64,000 nt of DNA from contig CAXXOA010000002.1 in NCBI GenBank assembly GCA_963666275.2, positions 1,920,001-1,984,000 of the forward strand. Direction: 5' to 3'. Positions within the stretch are counted from its first letter, which is position 1, and each line of letters starts with the position of its first letter. The notes under the pieces were generated by a model, which saw nothing but the letters and a program-made list of their open reading frames with translations, was not told the origin of the DNA and ran no database searches. A program made the translations under genes and the position numbers. Below are positions 1 to 10,910 of the stretch, piece after piece. This stretch comes from Oceanispirochaeta sp. (lineage in GTDB: Bacteria; Spirochaetota; Spirochaetia; DSM-2461).

Positions 1-336
1 CCCCAGCCGGCTTTCAATATCCTGAAAAAAGAGGGGAACGCCAGCGATGAAACCCTGGCAGAGGTAGAAGATAAAGTTGTCTCCCTGGAAACCATGCGCA
101 TAGAGGGGGATTCCGTATCGATAGAAGAAGAGGACCATGAAGAGGTCCTGATGGAAATCAAGGGGAAAACCACCTTTGCAGAGCTGCTGGACTGGGGGCT
201 GAGCCGGGAGCAGATCGAGGAAGCCATGGGGATGCCCATGGGGCAGACAAGCCTTTCCGTACGGGATTACTGTATGGAACAGGGCGTGGAATTCTCATTT
301 GTGAAATCTGCCATTCAGGAAATGCTGGATCAGTAA
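1..336 (+). CDS. 3' end of a hypothetical protein (5' truncated by window edge)
   Basis: Frame of ORF 94..336 is open back to base 1 (PQPAFNILKKEGN...); acidic C-terminal region; no diagnostic motif. Confidence 0.7.
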   Translation, partial: PQPAFNILKKEGNASDETLAEVEDKVVSLETMRIEGDSVSIEEEDHEEVLMEIKGKTTFAELLDWGLSREQIEEAMGMPMGQTSLSVRDYCMEQGVEFSFVKSAIQEMLDQ

Positions 337-352
337 AAGATCCGGTAACGCA

Positions 353-382
353 GGCAGAGATGCAGAAAATTGCGCCTCTGCC
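353..382. terminator. Hairpin between convergent genes
   Basis: GGCAGAG(ATGCA)...(TGCGC)CTCTGCC inverted repeat between two stop codons; no clear U-tract. Confidence 0.35.
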
Positions 383-391
383 CGGGTCTTC

Positions 392-2344
<1,953 letters not shown>

Positions 2345-2381
2345 AAGTGCCGATTGTAACGCTTTTACCGGGAGACTTCAA

Positions 2382-4382
2382 TCATCCTGCGGGAATCAGG
2401 AGGGCTTTGATCTCTGCAGGAGGCAGGGGTTTGTAAAAGTAATAGCCCTGATAGATCTGACAGCCGTTATTCTGGAGAAAGACGAGCTGTTCCTCGGTCT
2501 CCACCCCTTCGGCCACCACATCGCACTCCAGATTGCCCGCCAGTTCAATGATGGAGAGGGCCAGAGCGTTGTCTTTGGGGGATCCGGGAATCCCATCGAT
2601 GAAGGACTTGTCTATCTTCAGGGTATTAATGGGGTAATAGGCCAGACGGGAGAGGGAGGAGTAGCCTTTTCCGAAGTCGTCAATAGAGAGGGTTATATCC
2701 ATATCCCGCAGGAGTTGCAGTTTCTCTTTCAGGCTTTTTTCATTTGCCATGATGCTTGTTTCAGTCAATTCAATATCCAGCCAGTCCGGGTCTATTCCCG
2801 CATCGGAAAGGTGATCCTTCAATTTCCGGATAAAATCAACCTGTCCGAACTGGCGGGGGCTCACATTCACCGAAACTCTCACAGGAGGCATGCCCTTGTA
2901 CTCCCAGGCCCGGATCTGTCTGCAGACAAGGCCCAGAACCATGTCTCCCAGCCTGTCTATCAGACCGGAGTCCTCCGCAATGGGGATAAAGTGCCCCGGA
3001 GGAACTGAACCCAGTACGGGCGACTCCCATCTAAGGAGGCTTTCAATCCCCCTTATCCGTCCCATATTGTCAATTTTAGGCTGATAGACCATGTAGAATT
3101 CCTCATTGTCCATGCCCTTCAGGAGTTCCGCTTCCATTCTGACCCTGCTGTCCAGCTCTTCCTGCATCTCCCTGTCATAGAGGGTTATGGAATTTTTTCC
3201 TTCCGACTTGGCTTTATACATGGCAAACTCGGCTTTTCGTATCATATCCTGCACCGCATCAGCATCGGCGGGGTAGGTACAGATACCGGCACTGGCAGAG
3301 AGCCTGATTTCCTCCCCCTCTATCAGAAAAGGGGTCCGGAAAATATCCCTGGTTTTGCTTATCAGTAACCCCAGATTGTAGGGCGACTGGATATCCGTCA
3401 GAATAATGAGGAATTTATCTCCCATAAAACGGCTGACAAAATCCCCCTCCCTGTAGGAGCATTTCAGCCTGTTTCCCACATCATGGATCAGACGGCTTCC
3501 TTTTTCATTTCCATAGAGATGGTTGATGTGTTTGAACGTATCCAGTCCCAGACACATGACGGAAAAGAACTGCTTCCTGGCCTTGCACTTTTCAAGCTGG
3601 GCTTCTGCTTTCTCTTCAAAATAGCGATAGTTCGGGAGGCGGGTCAGAAAGTCGTAGTAGGCAAAAAAGGAGGCTTCCTCCCGACTCTTTTTATAGTCTT
3701 CCCTGGTTTCAGTCAGATCCCGTATAGAATTATTGAGCTGAAGGATAATAAAATGCTGCCTTTTCACAACCAGATGCATGATCATACCCAGGGTTATGTA
3801 CACTGTCATATTGGCAATGATGACATCAAAGGTAATGATATTATTCCGGAAAGTTTCCACAGACATAAAAACGGGATGCCCCGAGTGGTAGGCTCCCAGA
3901 ATCAGAATCAGATACTGAATGCACACCATACTGCTTGCATACAGGGGAAGAAGGGGCTGAAGGTAGAAGCCGCTGAGCATGATGGCCACACAGTAGAGCA
4001 CTGTGGATGCAGTGCGGACGGAGTGAACAAAATCATTTTCCAGACTGTAGCCCGCCAGGATAATGGTAACAATGGAAACGGTCATAAAAATGGTGATGTA
4101 TTTTATAGCCCGGATGCAGCAGTTTTTTCTGATCAGAAGAAACACAATTCCGTTATAGGCTGTAAAGATCAGAAAACCAGAGAGATTGCTGAGAAAACTC
4201 CTGTTTCCCATGGGAGCTCTGGTCAGGAATTTGAGAAGTATAAGAATAAGGGCAAAAAAAACAGAAAGTATCAGACCGGCTCTGTTGATCCTTTTTTCCG
4301 CAAAAATTTCCTCGTTTTTGTAGAGAGAGCGGAGAAAAGGGGTTTTCTCCAGCAGGAGCTGTTGGGGCTTTTTTCCGCTCAT
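2382..4382 (-). CDS. Membrane-anchored GGDEF-EAL protein (probable c-di-GMP phosphodiesterase)
   Basis: N-terminal TM helices; GGDEF domain with degenerate MGDKF; EAL domain ESLLRW, VNVS, ELTE, DDFGKGYSS, KIDKSF, AEGVE, QGY. Confidence 0.9.
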   Translation of the reverse strand: MSGKKPQQLLLEKTPFLRSLYKNEEIFAEKRINRAGLILSVFFALILILLKFLTRAPMGNRSFLSNLSGFLIFTAYNGIVFLLIRKNCCIRAIKYITIFMTVSIVTIILAGYSLENDFVHSVRTASTVLYCVAIMLSGFYLQPLLPLYASSMVCIQYLILILGAYHSGHPVFMSVETFRNNIITFDVIIANMTVYITLGMIMHLVVKRQHFIILQLNNSIRDLTETREDYKKSREEASFFAYYDFLTRLPNYRYFEEKAEAQLEKCKARKQFFSVMCLGLDTFKHINHLYGNEKGSRLIHDVGNRLKCSYREGDFVSRFMGDKFLIILTDIQSPYNLGLLISKTRDIFRTPFLIEGEEIRLSASAGICTYPADADAVQDMIRKAEFAMYKAKSEGKNSITLYDREMQEELDSRVRMEAELLKGMDNEEFYMVYQPKIDNMGRIRGIESLLRWESPVLGSVPPGHFIPIAEDSGLIDRLGDMVLGLVCRQIRAWEYKGMPPVRVSVNVSPRQFGQVDFIRKLKDHLSDAGIDPDWLDIELTETSIMANEKSLKEKLQLLRDMDITLSIDDFGKGYSSLSRLAYYPINTLKIDKSFIDGIPGSPKDNALALSIIELAGNLECDVVAEGVETEEQLVFLQNNGCQIYQGYYFYKPLPPAEIKALLIPAG

Positions 4383-4389
4383 TTATCCA

Positions 4390-5787
4390 CTATTCTGCTT
4401 CTGCAGCCGTCTGGTCCGGTTCCATGCTGTTTGCCGCTTCCGCTCCGTCCTCAGGTTCTTCCGCTTCGGGAGTCACAAAGAGGCTCTCGTCAGGGAAGGT
4501 AAAATACATCTGGATGGGGTCGAAGAACTGGTCGGTAATGACAATTCTGTTCTCGATATACCGGCTGTCCACATGCAGAAGGGAGGCTCCGGAATCTCTG
4601 ATGGAATAGAGAAAATCCGCCACTTCTCCGCTGTCGAAATGAAATGTGATAACACCGTCGTAGCGGCTTTTTATCCTGGCATCCGGGAACATCTCGAAAG
4701 ACACCCGGCCGCTGTTGCCTGCGGAAACCGTCAGAACCTGCTGACTGATCAGAGCTGACTTGTCTATCCAGGTGAAACGTCCGGAGTTTTCAAACAGGAT
4801 CGTACCATAGGCCTGACTGGACATCTCGGGTCCTCTGTCGATAAATGCCTGGAGCAGTTCCTCCCGTCTTGTCCTTTCCGCCGCTATCACCTCATCCACG
4901 TCTTCGGACAGTTTGATAAAGGCTTCTGAAATTTCAAGACCCTCGTGTTTGTACTGAACAGAGATAAAGTTTTCATTGTTTATGGTGATTCTGAAAGAGG
5001 TTCCGGCAAAATCGTATCTGTTGGCACCGATCCTGGTTACACCGTCGAAGGTGCTCTGAACCGATCTTTCATCGGTATTCAGAGTGATTGTTCTGGCTTC
5101 CCTGTCAACAAAGAGGCCATAGTCGGGACGGAACTGTTTCAGATCTATCTGACGTCTTGTCAGCATATCCTGGAAGGATTCGGGCCGCCACTGGGAGGAA
5201 AAGAAATTTTCAAGCTGGGGGTCGGAAGTGTCTTTTTCATTCTGTACAACCATTTCCTGCTTGTCATTGAGGCTGTACACGGTCAGATAGGCATCAAAAG
5301 TATAGCCTTCCACACCGTCTCCGGTGAGAACCGTATACCAGTACCCCTCGAAGCGGCCCACTTCCACAAGATCACTCCGGCCCAGAACCTTGATCTCCTG
5401 ACCTTCCCTAAGCTTATAGACCCTTTCGGAAGAGGCATCGGGCTGCTCCCTCATGGGAAGGCTGGCCCTGTCGGTAAAGGCGTAGACCGAGGTCCACTCT
5501 TCATAATCCGCGGCAAACTCCTCGGCAGACGCGGCTTTTTCAAAAAACCTGACCCGCCAGGTAGGGAGTTCAAACCTGTCTTTGGTACCTTTGATCTGAA
5601 CAATATAGGAATGGCGGATCTGAGACTCCGAAAGAATATCCGTAATGGATCCCGTAGGGAGTCCCTCCTGGTCGCTCCAGAGAATGACACCGTGGCCTAT
5701 CCGGCGGTTACAGCCGGAGAGGGCGAGAGTCAGGGTTATGGTTAAAGTAAAAAGGAGAATTCTTCCGGTTTTTCTGTTCATACGCAT
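4390..5787 (-). CDS. SH3-domain lipoprotein
   Basis: Likely start 5787 (AGGAA RBS upstream); lipobox LALSGC; bacterial SH3-like segment LPMREQPD...VYKLREGQEIKVL...GYWYTV...GYTF. Confidence 0.75.
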   Translation of the reverse strand: MRMNRKTGRILLFTLTITLTLALSGCNRRIGHGVILWSDQEGLPTGSITDILSESQIRHSYIVQIKGTKDRFELPTWRVRFFEKAASAEEFAADYEEWTSVYAFTDRASLPMREQPDASSERVYKLREGQEIKVLGRSDLVEVGRFEGYWYTVLTGDGVEGYTFDAYLTVYSLNDKQEMVVQNEKDTSDPQLENFFSSQWRPESFQDMLTRRQIDLKQFRPDYGLFVDREARTITLNTDERSVQSTFDGVTRIGANRYDFAGTSFRITINNENFISVQYKHEGLEISEAFIKLSEDVDEVIAAERTRREELLQAFIDRGPEMSSQAYGTILFENSGRFTWIDKSALISQQVLTVSAGNSGRVSFEMFPDARIKSRYDGVITFHFDSGEVADFLYSIRDSGASLLHVDSRYIENRIVITDQFFDPIQMYFTFPDESLFVTPEAEEPEDGAEAANSMEPDQTAAEAE

Positions 5788-5835
5788 TTTAGCAATTCCT
5801 TCTGTCGGGGCTGCGGGTATCAGGGCTTCTATCCT

Positions 5836-5863
5836 GTGGAGGACGCAGATCTGCGTCCCGTAC
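5836..5863 (-). repeat. REP-like palindrome GTAC-GGGACGCAGATCTGCGTCC
   Basis: GGACGCAG-AT-CTGCGTCC palindrome; same family as the copies at 55891-56050. Confidence 0.7.
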
Positions 5864-5906
5864 AATATAAGTATTGCGGTATTTTACAGGGGGAAAGGGC
5901 CCTAGG

Positions 5907-7175
5907 TCAATGTTGCTGAAGCCGGGGCAGGCTGTCTATGATCACTGTCAGCAGGATCAGTCCGCCGCTGAGCACCGCCAGGGCAATACCGATTCCCCAC
6001 AGGTCTGCCATAACACCGCAGGAAAGAGCCGTCAGAGCCGTCAGGACTGTTTTCCACTGGGACTGAACAGACAGAACTGAAGTCAGGACGGAGTTGTCCA
6101 CCGCATCGGCCACGTACCCTGTCATCACTGGTTTTCTCATATTTTCGATGATATAGATAAGGATAAAGAAGAATACCGCCCCCGGTGAAAATCCGGTCCA
6201 GTAGAGTAGTCCGCTGACAAGTCCGGCTCCCAGGCCCAGTATGAGGGTTTTTTCCGCCAGCCGGGGAATCCTGATTCTTGTAAGAAGGGAGGAGTGGGCC
6301 GAAGCGGCGGAAGTGAGAAGGAAGATTCCGAAATAGAGAACTCCCACCAGCAAGGCAGTCCGTTCTTCCACGCTCCTGCGGGAAAAGAAGGGGAGCAGCA
6401 GGATCATGGTCACCATCATGGGCTGGATATAGTCCTTCATGGCTTTCAGATAAGCCGTATGAAGGGCGGAATTATGGATCAACCGGATATTCCGGGGAGA
6501 TTTCATCACTGCCAGAAACTGGAATAGCAGCCTTTTGAGGCGATCCAGGGTGCCGCAGGACGGACCCAGATCTCCGCACTCTTCTTCACCGCTTTTATCC
6601 ACAAAAGAGGGATAGGAGAGGATCAGGAAAAAATTGATGATATAGGGAATGACGGAAAAGAGAAAAACCGGATCGTAGCTTCCTGCATAAAAGACAATGG
6701 CTCCCGCCAGAAGGGAGGATACAGCCAGTCCGAACTGGGACCAGGCCCTGGTCCGGCTGTAATAATCGGCCATGAGATTTTTCATGCCCTTCTGGGTCAG
6801 GTATTCCTTGATCATTCCCTTATGGGTTCCCGAACGGAAAGCTTCTCCCACGCCGAAGAAGAAAAAAGCTCCCAGAAAAAGGCCGTAGCTTTCAGAGAAA
6901 AACAGCAGCAGGAAAGAGATTATATAGGCCACAAAAGAACCTGCCAGGGCCCGTTTTCTGCCGAATACATCCGCAGCGATGCCCGAAGGAATCTCAAGTA
7001 CATTGGTAGCGATCTCCTGAAGGGCATAGAGGCTTCCTATCGCGGTAAAGGAAAGGCCCTTGTCCCTGAGGAAGAGGATCAGGAAGGCTTCAAAGAATTT
7101 CAGGTTTTTCAGAAAACCGTAGGCACAGAATTTCCTGTACTGGGCGTTCCGGGGGAAGGGTGTTTTGGGCTGCAT
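5907..7175 (-). CDS. MFS transporter
   Basis: About 12 hydrophobic helices; motif A-like PSGIAADVFGRK. Confidence 0.85.
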   Translation of the reverse strand: MQPKTPFPRNAQYRKFCAYGFLKNLKFFEAFLILFLRDKGLSFTAIGSLYALQEIATNVLEIPSGIAADVFGRKRALAGSFVAYIISFLLLFFSESYGLFLGAFFFFGVGEAFRSGTHKGMIKEYLTQKGMKNLMADYYSRTRAWSQFGLAVSSLLAGAIVFYAGSYDPVFLFSVIPYIINFFLILSYPSFVDKSGEEECGDLGPSCGTLDRLKRLLFQFLAVMKSPRNIRLIHNSALHTAYLKAMKDYIQPMMVTMILLLPFFSRRSVEERTALLVGVLYFGIFLLTSAASAHSSLLTRIRIPRLAEKTLILGLGAGLVSGLLYWTGFSPGAVFFFILIYIIENMRKPVMTGYVADAVDNSVLTSVLSVQSQWKTVLTALTALSCGVMADLWGIGIALAVLSGGLILLTVIIDSLPRLQQH

Positions 7176-7349
7176 AGGGGTATTATACGTTCAGCCCGAT
7201 CTTGTAGGCAAGAGGTTTTACAGCTTCCGGACACACAGAATAACATAAATGCGGCAGCATAGGATTTCTCCAGTGATATCTAAGACGGGAAAACTCTGAT
7301 GGCTTCGGATCTATCTGGAGCAGGTATTTTGGATTGGTATGGTTCTTAT

Positions 7350-7727
7350 TTACATAACCTTGATAAGCAGAGAAATAAATCCACCCAGCATTGTAATGAA
7401 AATGGCTGTTAAAAAGCTGTAAACACGGTTGAATCTTTTCTCTACACCTTCGAATCTCAGATTCATATAAGATTGCATATCGGTAAACCGTTTATCCATG
7501 GATTGAAAACGTTTATCAGACTGATCCATCATCATTTCAAGCTTATCATTCTGAAATTTCAGCTGCTGCTCAATCGTAACAATCCGTTCCATCAGCTCGA
7601 GAGAGGTCTTCTCCGTTCTTTCCGGGAAGAGGAGTATATTCTGCTCCCTTATCCATTGACCGATATGATTTTTTACATAGCTCCCTATCTGTTCCAGCTG
7701 ATTCTGGTCCACCTGCGGTTCTCCCAT
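7350..7727 (-). CDS. Small coiled-coil protein with C-terminal membrane anchor (DUF1640/Bdr/CCDC90-like), paralog 1
   Basis: Repeated DKRF/EKRF heptads, C-terminal hydrophobic helix, AAGGAG RBS; paralog at 13432-13782. Confidence 0.75.
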   Translation of the reverse strand: MGEPQVDQNQLEQIGSYVKNHIGQWIREQNILLFPERTEKTSLELMERIVTIEQQLKFQNDKLEMMMDQSDKRFQSMDKRFTDMQSYMNLRFEGVEKRFNRVYSFLTAIFITMLGGFISLLIKVM

Positions 7728-7809
7728 TATAATCTCCTTATATTATAGTTTTTTGTTACAGTATGGGCAATTCATGAATTGTCCATACTGCGTCTTTACC
7801 TGTTTTATG

Positions 7810-8181
7810 TCATCCGATGCCTTTGTAGTGCTCAAAGTGGGTAACCCCACCTCCTGCGGGCAGGAGGATACACACCGCATCCATCCTGGCCGGGCCTCTG
7901 TATTTCTTTTTGGCCATATAAATTTCCGCGGTTTTCCGCATCTGCTTCAGTTTGCTGTAGTTCAGGGTCTCCTCGGGCATTCCCCGGTTCCCGTCGGACT
8001 TTGTCCTGACTTCCACAAAGACAAGGGTCTCACCCTGTCGGGCCAGGATATCGATATCCGAGTGGCCTACCTGTTCGTTCCGCTGCAGGATCGTATAGCC
8101 CCGGTCGATCAGGTACTGCTCCGCCAGGTCTTCTCCTTTCCGGCCCAGGTCGACTTTTTGCCTATTGTCTGTACTCTCCAT
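7810..8181 (-). CDS. yraN: YraN family PD-(D/E)XK nuclease
   Basis: LGRKGEDLA...GY.IL.RN, DIDILA, LVFVEVRTK, RMD; adjacent to comM. Confidence 0.9.
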   Translation of the reverse strand: MESTDNRQKVDLGRKGEDLAEQYLIDRGYTILQRNEQVGHSDIDILARQGETLVFVEVRTKSDGNRGMPEETLNYSKLKQMRKTAEIYMAKKKYRGPARMDAVCILLPAGGGVTHFEHYKGIG

Positions 8182-8285
8182 TTTCTGATCCTTTGTTGAC
8201 GCTGTCAGTGGTATGGGCTCTTCCGGGTAAGGCCCCCGTCCTCTGAAGGGGAGGCACTTTACCGGTTCATCTGTTTGTTCTAAAC

Positions 8286-8321
8286 CCCCGTAGAGACGCG
8301 ATAAATCGCGTCTCTACGGGG
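8286..8321. repeat. GTAG-type REP palindrome overlapping the comM stop codon
   Basis: Perfect 17-bp arms CCCCGTAGAGACGCGAT-AA-ATCGCGTCTCTACGGGG. Confidence 0.85.
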
Positions 8322-9843
8322 CTATCCGGGGGCGGTACTGCAGGGCTTCGGCAATATGGACTTCCTGTACTTTGTCAGTTCCCTCCAGGTCGGCTATGGT
8401 GCGGGATATCTTCAGCACTTTCAGATAGGACCGGGCGGAGAGCTGGAAGGATTCGGCGGCACGGGAGAGCATCTGCTGCGGGGCGCTCTCCAGGGCTATG
8501 TACTCCCGGACCTGACGGTTTTTCATCTCTCCGTTGGTGTGGATCCCATCCTCTCTGTACCGGCTCTGCTGAATCTCCCGGGCCCGATTGACCCTTTCCC
8601 TGATCTGCCGGGAGGGCTCTTTACAGGCAGTCCCGCTGATGCCCCCGGCCAGTTTGCGGATATCCACTACAGGAACGTCCACATGAAGGTCTATCCGGTC
8701 CAGGATGGGTCCGGACAGTTTTTTTCTGTACCGGTGGATCTCCCGGGGGGTGCAGACGCACTCTTTGGAGTCATCGTTCAGATAGCCGCAGGGACAGGGG
8801 TTGGCCGCCGCAATCAGAATAAAACGGGAAGGGTAGGTGACCCGCTCCAGGCTGCGGGATATGGTCAGGTGTCCGTCCTCCAGAGGCTGCCGCAGGGCTT
8901 CTATGATGGCCCGGGGAAACTCGTTGAACTCATCCAGAAAAAGGATCCCCCGGTGGGCCAGGCTGATCTCCCCGGGCTGGGGATGGGATCCTCCCCCCAC
9001 CAGGCCCGCCTGGGAGATGATATGATGGGGAGAACGGAAGGGCCGGTTGACAATAAGGGACCCTCCCGGGGGGATGTTGCCTGCACTGGAGTATATTTTG
9101 GTGACCTCCAGGGACTCTTCCGGATTCAGGAGGGGGAGAATCCCCGGCATGGCCCGGGCCAGCATGGTCTTTCCGGAACCCGGCGATCCCACCATCAGAA
9201 CATTGTGGCCCCCCGCAGCGGCTATCTCCAGAGCCCTTTTGGCCTGTTCCTGTCCCAGAACTTCAGCCATATCGAATTCGGTGACGCTTGTCTCTTTATG
9301 TCCGCTCTTTCTGTATTCCGCCGGTTCTACAGTCTCCTTTCCGCAGAGGCAGCGGGCAATCTGGTTCAGGTTTTCCACAGGATAGACATTGATGCCCCTC
9401 ACAATGGAGGCTTCATTGGCCGATTCGGCCGGGACATACACAGCCTTCAGTCCCTGCTCCTGGGCAAACAGGGCTGCCAGAAGGGCCCCTTTGGTGTGCC
9501 TCAGAGTCCCGTCCAGAGAGAGCTCTCCGAAAAAGAGGGAGTCCCCGGGGATTTCGAAATCCAGGATAGATGAGAGGATCCCCAGGGCAATGGGGAAGTC
9601 GTAGAAGGCACCGTTCTTGGGAACATCCCCGGGAGCCAGGTTGACTGTGATCCGTCTGAGGGGAAAGGAGAAGCCGCCGTTCACCAGGGCCGTCCGGACC
9701 CTCTCCCGGCTTTCGCCCACCGCCTTGTTGGGAAGGCCCACCAGGTCAAATGAGGGGAGGCCTTTGTCGGCTACATTCACTTCCACATCGATTTTCAGGG
9801 TGCTCAGACCGGAGAATGAGACCGAAGTAACCTTTATAAGCAC
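8314..9843 (-). CDS. comM: YifB/ComM Mg-chelatase-like AAA+ helicase
   Basis: VGLP..AV.ESRERV, ITVNLAP, AAAGGHN.LMVGSPGSGKT, PFRSPHH, GEISLAHRGILFLDE, NPCPCG, LSGPILDRID. Confidence 0.95.
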   Translation of the reverse strand: MLIKVTSVSFSGLSTLKIDVEVNVADKGLPSFDLVGLPNKAVGESRERVRTALVNGGFSFPLRRITVNLAPGDVPKNGAFYDFPIALGILSSILDFEIPGDSLFFGELSLDGTLRHTKGALLAALFAQEQGLKAVYVPAESANEASIVRGINVYPVENLNQIARCLCGKETVEPAEYRKSGHKETSVTEFDMAEVLGQEQAKRALEIAAAGGHNVLMVGSPGSGKTMLARAMPGILPLLNPEESLEVTKIYSSAGNIPPGGSLIVNRPFRSPHHIISQAGLVGGGSHPQPGEISLAHRGILFLDEFNEFPRAIIEALRQPLEDGHLTISRSLERVTYPSRFILIAAANPCPCGYLNDDSKECVCTPREIHRYRKKLSGPILDRIDLHVDVPVVDIRKLAGGISGTACKEPSRQIRERVNRAREIQQSRYREDGIHTNGEMKNRQVREYIALESAPQQMLSRAAESFQLSARSYLKVLKISRTIADLEGTDKVQEVHIAEALQYRPRIAP

Positions 9844-10727
9844 AGATACCCTCCCTGACCGGGGTTCCGGGCCAGTTCATAACGGCCCTCCCGGAGTATG
9901 AGATGATTTTTCATGGTAAGAAGGGTCAGGTCCGCCCCCACCCGGGAGGAGGGCTCCCGGAGAAGCCGGATCAATTCATCCGCCGTCATAGCTTCCCGGG
10001 AGAGCTGGTCCACAATGGCTTTCTGCAGGGGGCTGAAGTTTTCTGTATTTGTCTTCTCTTTTTTTGGAGTGGCTTCCACAGAGAGTCCGTACTCTGCCAG
10101 GATATCTGCCGGCTCCGTCACAATGGCCGCCCCCTGCTTCAGGAGTCGGGCCGTTCCCACCGATACCCGGCTTGTCAGAGGGCCGGGGAGGGCAAAGATC
10201 TTTTTATTGTACTTCCGGGAGAGCCGGGCTGTGATCAGGGCGCCGCTTTTAGGGGCCGCTTCGATCACAAGCAGCACCGGAGCCAGGGCGGCAACAATTC
10301 GGTTACGCCGGGGATAGCTCCAGAGGGCGGGGGGCATATCCCCGGGGTATTCGGAAAGGACCATTCCTCCCGAAGAGAGGATTTTCCCGTAGAGGTCCTC
10401 CTGATAGGACGGATGGATCCTCTCTATCCCGCAGGGCATAACCGCAATGGTCTTTCCCGGGGCTTCTACTGCCGCATTATGAGCCGCCGCATCAACGCCG
10501 TACATAAAACCCGACACCACGGTGATCCCTTCCCGGGCAATGGCGCTTACCAGGCGGTCTGTCATGGTTTCTCCGTATCGGGTCATCTTCCTGGAGCCTA
10601 CTACGCTGATGGTCTTTTCAAAAAGTTCCGGGTTCCACTCGCCCTGGTAGTAGAGGACCTCCGGCGGGTCGGGTATCCTTTTCAGGGATACAGGGTATTC
10701 GCTGCTTCTGCTGTCAATCTGATTCAT
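9834..10727 (-). CDS. dprA: DNA-processing protein DprA (short form lacking N-terminal SAM domain)
   Basis: YP..L..IPDPP..LY, VVGSR, VVSGF..GVDAAAH, PRRNRIV, EAAPKSGALITA, C-terminal wHTH. Confidence 0.93.
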   Translation of the reverse strand: MNQIDSRSSEYPVSLKRIPDPPEVLYYQGEWNPELFEKTISVVGSRKMTRYGETMTDRLVSAIAREGITVVSGFMYGVDAAAHNAAVEAPGKTIAVMPCGIERIHPSYQEDLYGKILSSGGMVLSEYPGDMPPALWSYPRRNRIVAALAPVLLVIEAAPKSGALITARLSRKYNKKIFALPGPLTSRVSVGTARLLKQGAAIVTEPADILAEYGLSVEATPKKEKTNTENFSPLQKAIVDQLSREAMTADELIRLLREPSSRVGADLTLLTMKNHLILREGRYELARNPGQGGYLCL

Positions 10728-10846
10728 ACAGGACTTTACTCTCTGTATTTCCCGGCTGCTTCAATTTAGTGATTTTTTTCTTAAAAGAAATATTGGTTTA
10801 TTAAATATCTTGATATGCCATGCAAGCTGTGTTAGATTATAAATAT

Positions 10847-10910
10847 AAGCCGGTTCGTTATTGCGGTTAACTCATCCACCAGACTGCATAACGGGCCGGC
10901 TTTGTTTTTT
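10847..10910. terminator. Intrinsic terminator-like hairpin after the metallophosphoesterase gene
   Basis: AAGCCGGTTCGTTATTGCGG...CTGCATAACGGGCCGGCTT, with T-rich tails possible on both strands. Confidence 0.6.
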
